From Octopus sinensis (taxonomy: Eukaryota): DNA of 64,000 bases. A program made the translations under genes and the position numbers. Positions within the stretch are counted from its first letter, which is position 1. The number at the start of each line of letters is the position of its first letter. Shown one piece after another: positions 53,526 through 64,000 of this stretch. The DNA lies in NCBI RefSeq assembly GCF_006345805.1, contig NC_043005.1, positions 101,618,001 through 101,682,000 of the forward strand, read 5' to 3'. The notes under the pieces were generated by a model. It saw only the letters and a list, made by a program, of their open reading frames with translations. It was not told the origin of the DNA and made no database searches.

Positions 53526-53770
53526 CATCACAATCAAGGAACGGCCATAATAGGCCATTCACCCACTAGAAATAACAGCCAAAGCTTCAACCGCAAAATA
53601 ACATTAATTCCGCAAACCAGGAGAAAATTAAAAATGAGAAAATTAAAATTACAGGTGGGAAATGTTTTTTTAATTTTCTCCTGGTTTGCGGAATGAATGG
53701 TATTTGCGGTTGAAGCTTTGGCTGTTATTCTAGCGGGTGAATGGCTATTAGCCGTTCCTTGATTGTGATG
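53526..53770. repeat. Fold-back with ~110-bp inverted arms
   Basis: 53526-53634 is the reverse complement of ~53666-53770. Confidence 0.9.
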
Positions 53771-53780
53771 ATATATATTG

Positions 53781-53811
<31 letters not shown>

Positions 53812-53856
53812 AATATATACCAAAATATATATATATGGCATATATTATATATGCAT

Positions 53857-53925
<69 letters not shown>

Positions 53926-54251
53926 TAACGGGAAGCTTTATGAAAATAAACAAAGACGAAGGCAGGTGGAAAACAAACGAACAATTGTATAGTATGGCGC
54001 TCAGGAAATATAAATAAAACAAGTCTTTAACGTTTCGAGCCTACGCTCTTCAACAGAAAGATACACAGAGAGAGAAAAAACACAGACAGAAAGAGGAGAG
54101 AAAAAAAAATGCGTGCAGTAGCTAACGAATCAACATGGCGATCTGATTTCGGCCAGAGGTCAAAGATCAAACATGAGACGCGAGAGCGAAATAAGGGGAG
54201 ATAATAGGGTTGATAAAAGGGTTGAGGGACCAGCTAAAAGTGCGTGGGAGG

Positions 54252-54570
54252 GGTCTGGATGTGTGTATGATAGGGTTGGTGTATGTATTAGTATGTATAA
54301 GGGTGTGTGTGTGTGTGTGTATGATTGAGAGTATTAGTGCGTAAGATTGGTCTGGACGTGCGTATGTATGGGGTTGGTGTATGTATTAGTATGTATTAGT
54401 ATGTATTAGTACGTATTGGTATGTATAGGTATGTGTGTGTGTGTTTGAGAGAGTATAAGTGCGTATGCGGGGTCTGGACGTGTGTATGTATAGGGTTGGT
54501 GTAAGTATTAGTATGTACTAGTATGTATTAGTACGTATTAGTATGTATTAGTTTGGTGTGTATTAGTATG
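54252..54570. repeat. Minisatellite (3 units of ~100-120 bp starting gtctgga) with nested gtatgtatta repeats
   Basis: Direct inspection. Confidence 0.85.
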
Positions 54571-54611
54571 GCACATCATATGTGATGTGATGTGTAAAGT
54601 CATGTGGTGTA

Positions 54612-54940
54612 GTGAGGAGAAGAGGGGGAGAGGAGAAGAGAAAGGGGGGGGGAGAAGGGGAGGGGAAGAAGAGGGGAGGAGAAGGGGGAGAGGAGAGGAT
54701 GGGAGAAAGGAGGGGAGGAGGGGAGGAAGGGGGGAGGAGGGGGATGAAGGAGGAAAGAGGGAGAGGGGGGTGAGGGAGAGGGAGTGAGGGAGCAGATGGA
54801 AGGAGAAGAGGGAGGGAGAAAGAGCGGAAGAAGGAAGGGGAGTAGGGGTTAAGGATGAAGGACTGAAGAAGTAGGGGTGCGGGGGGAGAAAGGATAGGTG
54901 AGGAGGGGGGAGAGGGGGGGTTAGATGAGGAGGGGGGGAG
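54612..54940. repeat. Polypurine (GA-rich) tract
   Basis: Almost purine-only on the + strand. Confidence 0.9.
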
Positions 54941-55167
54941 TTGATTGAGACCCAAATGGCGTATAAGAGCGAAGAGAGAAGATTAATTCCTGTTCACGGC
55001 GCAAACGGAACGGGAATCCGGATGGCCTCTGTTAAAGGACAAACCGTATATATATATATATATATATACATAAATATTATATATATATATATATATATAT
55101 GCATGTATTTATATCTATATATGTATTATATATATTATTATATATCGGTGTGTGTGATTAATATAGG

Positions 55168-55206
<39 letters not shown>

Positions 55207-55594
55207 CCTTGTATTTATATATACATATATATGTATATAAAATGTTTGTACATGTATGTATGAACATGCATATACACACGCATTTCACTCCTCCCACCAC
55301 CACTCCCTTCATTTCTGTATTTCTTGTCGCATAACCTTTTACTATCACCAGTTACCTTCCCATTAATTCCATTTTCTCTCCCTTTCCCTTTTCATATATC
55401 TCCTCTCCTTCCCTCTCCCCATTTCCTAATTTTCTTCTCCAACCCCTTTCCTTTCCTCCCATCTCACACATCATTCCTTTCCTTTTCAGCCCCTTCATTA
55501 CCTCACCATAACTCCACATTTATTCGGTCAAGTAGGGATTCCCTCGCAACACCCTAATTATGAAACATGATACACAACCCAATCAGCGCAAACA

Positions 55595-55803
55595 CTCTTT
55601 TACTCTTTTACTTGTTTCAGTCATTTGACTGTGGCCATGCTGGAGCACCGCCTTTAGTCGAGCAAATCGACCCCAAGACTTATTCTTTGTAAGCCTAGTA
55701 TTGATTCTATTGGTCTTTTTGCTGAACCGCTAAGTTACGGAGACATAAACACACTAGCATCGGTTGTCAAGCGATGTTGGGGTATAAACACAGACACACA
55801 AGC

Positions 55804-55838
<35 letters not shown>

Positions 55839-56028
55839 TATATATCTCTATATATATATATACATATATACTACGGGCTTCCTTCAGTTTCCGTCTACCA
55901 AATCCACTCACAAGGCTTTGGTCGGCCTGAGGCTATAGTAGAAGACACTTGCCCAAAGTGCCATGCAGTGGGACTGAACCCGGAACCATGTGGTTGGTAA
56001 GCAAGCTACTTACCACACAGCCACTCCT
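55595..56028 (-). mobile_element. SINE family A, near-consensus full length
   Basis: On the minus strand: tRNA-like head, CORE-like segment, internal (TA)n(TG)n, and a tail ending gactgaaacaagtaaaagagtaaaagag. Confidence 0.93.
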
Positions 56029-57522
56029 TCATTTGTCATTTTTCTGTGGTGGTTGGCACTGTAGAACGTCATCGCTTTTATTTTAGTTTCCAAGATCTTG
56101 ATGTAGTTACTATTATTGTTGCTGTTGCCGCTCGTGTGGTTGTTGTTGTTGTTGTAGTTGTTGTTGCTTTTGTTTTTGTTACTATGGTTAAATTTTTTTG
56201 TTGTTTTTACAGCTTTTGCCTATATTGTTACTTCTGTTGTTACTTCTGGTATTGTTTCGTTGTGTAACTCTGATGCTGTTTGCGTTGTTGTTGTTCACCT
56301 ACTGATAGTAAAATCCCCAGACAACCTATAACCAAAGACGTTCCAACTACACCTATTCCATATAAACCCAGGGCTACATTGTCCAACGTTCTCTTCCAGT
56401 TTTAAGGTGTGTTGGTAGGGCGTGATTGGAGCAAGGCTTAGCATTTAGGTTTATCAGGTCGAGCGAACACACATAAATCTTTTGTTAGTTCAAAGGTTCA
56501 ACTAACGTTGTTTAGCCTCAGGGCAGATCGATCCAGTAAATATAGGTCCAAAGATTTTCCAGCCATGAATAGCTTGTCTTTCTTTGAGATATATAGTCAA
56601 TCTGTCATCATTTCCTTTTCTTAGAAAACAGACTCTTATTTGAAGGAAACTTTGGTGTTATTTCTAGCAGGTCGAGCAACCATATTGCCCTCCCGTTGGC
56701 TCGTCAACCTTGATGTATACTTCCGTTATATTCTTACTATTGCACGGGCTCTTTGTCCAGAACATAGCCACTGCGGTTGTTCACTTCAATTTCTTCGCTC
56801 ACCTTCAACAATTACGTCATCAACTATTTGAAAGAAGACAGGAACATTACAAATACTTTTAAATCACGAAGCTGTAATACTATTTGATCTTGTTTATCTG
56901 CCTTCTTTGTCCTCCGGTTGCCTTTACAGGTTTTCATTATCATGTAAATAGTTCTACTTTATCACTTTGAAGATAACTGTTTATATGAAGACGTTACTTG
57001 TAAGGTGTCCTGTAAAGTTCTCGACAGCTGATATGCTTCTGTAGACTAAACCAATAACCTACTATTTTCCAAGTCTTATTCCTGACCTTAGAACAACACC
57101 ATTAATGGTTAGGACCTTTGCTAGCATCTGGCTTCGCCTGCCCATTGATAACATGACTGATATATAGAAAGACGTGAACGCTGCAAATTCCCTTTATAAA
57201 TCTCCGGTCCACATCTCAAAAAACTAAACAGAATATATATATATATATATATATATATTTTGTAAAGAAAATCTGGAACTCTACTGAAGAAAAAAAATCT
57301 TCGAATGATCCGTCCTTGTTTTGTAACGTCTGCCTGGATATTTTGTTGTCTCTTTTTTGTATCATCTAACTGTTTGGATGTTTTGCGTTCTTGTCCCATT
57401 TTTGGTGTTCTTATATATATATACATAAATATACACAAGAATTACAGAATGGAGTAGGAAAAATCCGTGCTACATGTTTCATAGCACGTGGGACCTCAAA
57501 AGTGGTAACATCCAAGCAATAT

Positions 57523-57568
<46 letters not shown>

Positions 57569-57582
57569 CACATATATATATA

Positions 57583-57726
57583 TTTCTTTACTACCCACAA
57601 AGGACTAAACACAGAGGGAACAAACAAGGACAGACAAAGGGATTAAGTCGATTACATCGACCTCAGTGCGTAACTGGTACTTAATTTATCGACCCCAAAA
57701 CGATGAAAGGCAAAGTCGATCTCGGT
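57583..57726 (-). mobile_element. SINE family B, 3' part
   Basis: Family homology. Confidence 0.85.
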
Positions 57727-58491
57727 AGATGTACACATATATATGTAGACTAAACAGAAATATATATACATATATATTACATATAGGCAGAGGGAGAGAG
57801 GGAAAGAGAAAGTGAGAGAGAAGAAAGTTATGGAGACAAAAGGAAAAAAGAGAGATGGAAGATGAAAGATGGAAGATGAAACAGGCAAGTATATATATCT
57901 ATAAAGAGGGAAAGACAATGTGTGAGTGTATTTGTGTGTGTGTGTATTTGTGTGTGTGCGCGCGCTTGTGTTTAATATTATAAAAGTGAGACGAAGAAAT
58001 GAAATATTGAAAGACTTTGGTGAAATGAAATCTGGTAAGAATTAAGATAGAAAATGTATATTCACCAAATTAACTTCGTGCAATTATAGAGACATTCATG
58101 CCAAAAGCGAGAAATTGTAGCTAACACATGGTGTTAAATCTTTCATTTTATTCAACCTACAATATACACACAAACATATATACGTACACACATAGATACG
58201 AGACATTTCCATACGCACACATACAATTATACATACATACATGCATACATATAGTTTACAATAATAACAATGGCTACTGCTAATGAGGCATTCTACTTAT
58301 GTGAACAATGCAGAAGACAAAGATGGCGACATTAGTGACGGTGGCGACAACGACGACGACGAGGGCAACGACAACAACAACAGCAACAACAACAAATTTG
58401 ACAGCATTTCTCATTTGTTTCTTACATGCAGTCTGATCAGATTTATATACACGTCTTAATTTGACTTTTGTGGTAATCACACAAATCTCTC

Positions 58492-58870
58492 TCTATATAT
58501 AAAGCTGAAGTTGTCTGTGTATGGTAGGTTTGGTAGCCTTCAGCTAACACTATCTCCTCCGAGACCCTGCGACACAAGATGACCAAAATTGAGAGTATGA
58601 TAGAAGAAGGCTTGCTCTTCCTTCCGTAGAAGAAAAATCCAAATCGGACAATGTTAACACCAAAAATTATTTACATCAAAAAGGTGAATTTTTTTCTATG
58701 AAAATCCCTATTTTTTTACGATTTTTGACTGTTGTGTCACCATTTTTCGGTGTATTTCAACCAGAAAAATGTTCACTTAAAGAGAATAACAAGCTACATA
58801 ATGCTTTGCAAAAATTCCAATTCTAAAGGGTCGAAACAAGCCCGAGCAACGCCGGGCGATACTGCTAGTA
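58492..58870 (-). mobile_element. Non-autonomous Helentron/Helitron2-like element (same family as 49408-49800)
   Basis: Reverse-complement homology over the full length. Confidence 0.7.
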
Positions 58871-59099
58871 ATAGATAAGCCTGGATATCTCTATTTATAA
58901 GCATATATATATCTTTATTTATAAAAATGAATCGTCGTCGTTGTCGTCGTCATGTACCGTACGCTTGCAGCACATTGCTGAACCGGCGCAAGCGACTTCT
59001 GCCACTGTTGTCCAACCAGCTCATGATATCCATTTATTGCGTTCTTTGCCTGCCTCTTGATCTATAAACTTCTACTCCTCCTTCTACGATAATGTTTTC

Positions 59100-59229
59100 C
59101 TACGAACCATATGGTTCCGGGTTCAGTCGCTTTGCGTGGCACCTTGGGCAAGTGTTTTCTACTATACCCTGGGGCCGACCAAAGCCCTGTGAGTGGATTT
59201 GGTAGACGGAAACTGAAAGTAACCCGTCG

Positions 59230-59265
<36 letters not shown>

Positions 59266-59490
59266 TATATAATTATATATATATATGTGTGTATGCGTGT
59301 GTGTGTGTGTGTTACCCCAACATCACTTGACAACCGATGCTGGTGTGTTTACGTCCCCGTAAATTAGCCGTTCGACAAAAGAGACCGATAAGCACTAGGC
59401 TTACAAAGAATAAGCCCTGTGGTCGATTTGCTCGGCCTAGAGGCGGTGCTCCAGCATGACCACAGTCAAATGACTGAAACAAGTAAAAGT
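59100..59490 (+). mobile_element. SINE family A (head truncated)
   Basis: Family homology. Confidence 0.88.
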
Positions 59491-60409
59491 GTAAAGACCT
59501 CTGCTTCTTCGAATACGGCCATAATGGATAAACTATTCTTCTTTGAAAATGGTCAAAAAAATTGATAATAACTGGACCAATCTACATCTATCACTAGATA
59601 TCATTGGTTGAAGATATCACTGGTAAACACTGGAATAAGACTAGGTTTAGTATTATGATTTCGGAAAGAAATTTTCTTTAGCATTAGTATTATATTTTTT
59701 CCATTTTGGTACTAATTATCATTAAATATTGATTACCAATTTCAATAGGGTCAGTTGAAATAGATGATACTATTTACTATTTAAATGTGATACTTTCTGT
59801 ATCCTCAGACATTTAATTAGAAAATTTACTTCCCCTCTTAGAGGTCTAATTACATTTGAGGTACGGTGTGGAGAAGAATTAATGTCTGCTGCTACCAAGA
59901 ATGTGATGTAAGTGAATCTGCGATTTCCAGTCTTCGGTAATGTGACATCAAATGAATAGCGTCAAGCAAAAAGTAGATGGATTTTAAAAACACGATGGTA
60001 ACACACTGAAAGAGTACTACCAGTTGCACAAACCGATCCCGCCCCGACCGCTGATTTCAATAAAGACAATAAGGAATTAATGAAGTTCATAACAAAACAC
60101 ACACAACAAATTACCAAAGAGAGATTGAAACAGAGAGGGAGAAAGAGAGTGCGTGAGAGATAGAGATAGAGAAAGAGTGAGCGAGTTACTAAGCATAAAC
60201 CCAAAGCATAGTAAAACAACTCTTTTTTGAGATTGAAATGAGTCAGTCGCGACCTAGGAAGAACTTTCGGGGTAATATAGCGCGAAAATGAAGCTTTAAA
60301 GAAGAGACTTTCAAGGAAAGAACTTCGAATATCCGCCTTTCCTCACGAGTAAAATAAGTTATCATACTGATTTTCTGTCCTTCTGCCCAAATAGTAATCT
60401 ACAAAATAA

Positions 60410-60743
60410 GTTGTAGAAATGTAAGAAGCTTGCCATTAGTCTACATTCGTTCAACAGCCTTAGGTCACTAGGTATAGATGTGGTGGACATCAGTGAGACG
60501 AGGATTTGCACGGACTCGAAGCCATATTCAACGTCAATAGAGGGTTCAGATCTTTTGCTCAGTCTTGACGGATGGAATGGTAGTATAGTTCCAGAAAAGC
60601 ATAGATCTGAGAATACAGATGTTTTTCTCCAAACTAGACAACTGGTGGTGCTGAATGGACATCACATCGAAGATTGTCCCTTCAGTCTCGTGACCGATTT
60701 GTTCCAACTGGATAAGAGGAACCGAATTCCTTCAACTGTCTAG
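60410..60743 (+). mobile_element. Possible AP-endonuclease fragment of an L1/Tx1-like LINE
   Basis: NVRSL...GIDVVDISETR resembles the APE N-terminal NVRGL/DI..I.ET motifs. Confidence 0.45.
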
Positions 60744-60989
60744 ACACGTTCCTGTAGCAGGAGTGAAAGAATGGAATGGTATTTTGGGATGCAGATTAGT
60801 GAAGAAGTAATATTAATGTAATGTCAGGAATAATATATTGTAATGGTTATGATGCTGAAGATGATGGAGGTAGTTGCGGTGATGAAGATGATGATAACGA
60901 TGATGAAGATGATTATAATACTAATCATCAGATGATGGTGATGATCAGTGATGAAATAATATATTTGTAGTGGACACAATAATAGAGTT

Positions 60990-61103
60990 GAGATAATGAT
61001 AATGATCATGAATATAGTAGAAGCGATGACGATGATGATGATGACGATGACGATGATAATGATGATGATGATGATGATGATGAAGATGATGATGATGACG
61101 ATG

Positions 61104-61138
<35 letters not shown>

Positions 61139-61160
61139 GATGATGGTATTGGTGGTGATG
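60990..61160. repeat. (GAT)n microsatellite
   Basis: Direct inspection. Confidence 0.95.
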
Positions 61161-61299
61161 TTAGAATACGTTCTTCATCTTAGCGCACAACAGGTACACA
61201 AAAAATATATATTTACTAAGTAACTTTGGCGACACATATTTCAAGTGGAAGCTTTTAACACTATTTTCTATACACAGTTGGACCCACCACCGACATGCA

Positions 61300-61334
<35 letters not shown>

Positions 61335-61497
61335 GTACACACTCACATGTACACACACTCATGTACACACACATGTAAACAAACATATATGCACATATAC
61401 AAATACACACACTTTCAAACGCGTTGATTTACAGATACACCAAAGTTCTTAACACGAAAACTAAGTCACACACGCTCTCTCTCTCTCACACACACAC

Positions 61498-61565
<68 letters not shown>

Positions 61566-61688
61566 CACACGCATGTATACACGCACACCGAATGCCAAAG
61601 CGTCGGCAACAGAACTAACACTTGTGCACACTTTAGAAATCACAAAGAACCACATATACATTCATATACTCCAAAACATACACACATG

Positions 61689-61723
<35 letters not shown>

Positions 61724-62134
61724 TATACACACGTGCTCACACATATTTCCAACCCATATCTGATTAATTAACATGACTCTCATCATTAATTTTTTTCTTT
61801 GTTTTTCTTGTGTTGTTGATTTTTAATGCTTTGAGATGGTGCGGGGCTGGAGGTGAGGATTTCTGTTTGTTTTTACCAAAATACCGCATAGATCAAATAA
61901 TTATTTCAAGCTCATTTCACACCACAAAACACAATAAAAAAATTTTTTTAAAGTATAAGTATAATGGTGCAAGATATAAACATTAACAAGTATATCAAAA
62001 AGCCGGTGCTTTCGAAGAAAAGTGTATAGCGCTAATTGTTCCGCCTGATGCACTGGCGGCTCTTTTGTATGCACTCGACATAGGAAATGTAACGGTTTCT
62101 GATTTAAGCACAAGGCCAATAGTTTTAAGGGAAA

Positions 62135-62310
62135 GGGGGTTTGTCGATATAATCGACGGCTGTACTTGACAGACAACTTATTTCATCGACACCACGATAT
62201 GATGAAAGACAAAGTTGACCTCGGCGGGATTTGAACTCAGAAAGTGAAAAGCCGAAACAAATACGGTCTAACGAATCTGCCAGCTCATATGTGAGTAACT
62301 CGTTGCCAAA
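62135..62310 (-). mobile_element. SINE family B (degenerate)
   Basis: gatgaaagacaaagttgacctcggcgggatttgaactcag...tctgccagctc. Confidence 0.75.
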
Positions 62311-63456
62311 CACTACCCGTAGAACGTACGATATAAACTCTTCCGAACGTACGATATAGATTCAATTTATAGATTAAATAAATATATATATATATCTATG
62401 TGTGTGTATATGTATATATATGTATACATAAACGCGGTGTAGATGAAACAGGGACAACTGAAGAAGGGGAATATTCCTTGTGTTGTATGTCTTGTACTCT
62501 GTATTTTTTTGTTGTTTGCAACAAAGTTTGTTTCTATGTTTTTGTTTTAATGTTTTCGTTTCTCATTGTGTTCAACGTTTTTTTTTTGATTTCCTGTATC
62601 CATATATGTATGTATATGTGCATATATTTATATATTATTTATATTATTATATGATCGAACGCCACGCTTCCTTTTCCAAGTAAGTTTTATGTATGCACAT
62701 ATTTTTTGTTCCTATACATACATAGACTCACACATATAGATGAGTATGTATGTCCGTATGAGACATATATTTTCATTGCTGTATAACATTTCATTATATA
62801 TGGATCTAAATGAAATAAAGAGTAATTTAAAATATGAAAGAAAAAACAAAGATGGTTTTAAAAAACATAGAAGGAAAATTAAAAAGTCATAAATTATATA
62901 AAGAAAACAAAGCAATAGCATGAACCTGCTACCAAACAAAAACCATTCCCATTCCAAGAGGCAATGATTGATGGGATATGTTTACCAATGATAACAAACG
63001 CCGCCAACAGTAAAATTCACAATAATAATAATAATAACAACAGCAAATGCAACAAAAATATAGAACAATAAGCACCTTCGAAGAAAACCCTTCAAACCCC
63101 AATACAAACACTAAATATACAACAACAATAGCCAACTTAATAATAATTCCAATACAATAATATGCACAATAGCAAAAACAGCAACAACAAAAAAAAGAAA
63201 ATAGCTGTTGTATTTAGTCTAAGAGAAATTAGACTCCTTAATCTAATCCAGCTTCTGAAACAGAAAATGTATTTAAACCAAGTAATAAACAGACACTAAA
63301 ATTGAAAACTACCTTTAAAGCAATAACGGACAATGTAATCCAGTAATCCATCGAACGAGCTGCTGTGCTACCACGTCTTCTAATATTGATAGAAAAAACA
63401 AATACATATGTATATGTATGCATACGCGCATGTATGTATGTATCTCCCTCTGCCTT

Positions 63457-63502
<46 letters not shown>

Positions 63503-64000
63503 CTCGCCTCCCACATTGACGTAGGTTGTAACTACCCAACGTCAATAATCAAATAATTAGTAGTCATATTTGCAACCTATCCGTTTGCACTAAGAAAGAG
63601 TGGCCCCGTTAGAAATATCCTATTAGAACATCGCATTAGAAAGATCCGATTTTAAGAATAGTATAACCTATATTGAAACAAGCGTAGATAGGTTAAAAAG
63701 ACGTAAATAGAGGAAAATAATAAGGAGAAATTCTCCATAGAGCAAGTGTAGCTACGAATATAGCTGGATAATTTCTGAAATTCATTGACACCCACTCCCC
63801 CCATTCACAGAAATACAAGATATTCAATAGAATTACAATTAGCTACAATTACCTCTCTAACATGAAATCGATGATTTTCAATGGCAATACGAATAAGAAT
63901 ATTAGGAACACCAAATATATTTGTAGATTCACGAGTAACTGTCTCTTCAACGATAGCTTTCTGGAAAAAGAACTACTGTACAAGGTCAGCCTCACGAACT

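Overview
AT-rich, microsatellite-dense metazoan DNA that looks intergenic or intronic; the SINE families suggest an octopod cephalopod (inference). I found no host protein-coding gene that I can support, and most ORFs in the supplied track are translations of microsatellites. The window is a mosaic of tRNA-derived SINEs, decayed mariner, Tc1, pogo/Tigger, hAT and Helitron/Helentron pieces, CR1-, RTE- and L1-like fragments, and MITEs. The main result is a set of hammerhead-ribozyme (HHR) elements, mostly bounded by (TA)n tracts. (i) A 4.9-kb head-to-head array of a ~600-nt unit (2993-7898) carries 7 complete type I HHRs with a long extended stem II. (ii) A ~350-nt family has compact type I HHRs, seen once as a monomer plus terminal repeat (33759-34157) and once as a fold-back (422-1100). 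(iii) A Penelope-like remnant combines a GIY-YIG endonuclease with an extended-stem-II HHR (38420-39960). (iv) Further families carry variant HHR-like cores. Together these look like a Penelope-like element/retrozyme system. Ribozyme folds were derived by eye, coordinates are accurate to a few bases, and activity is untested.
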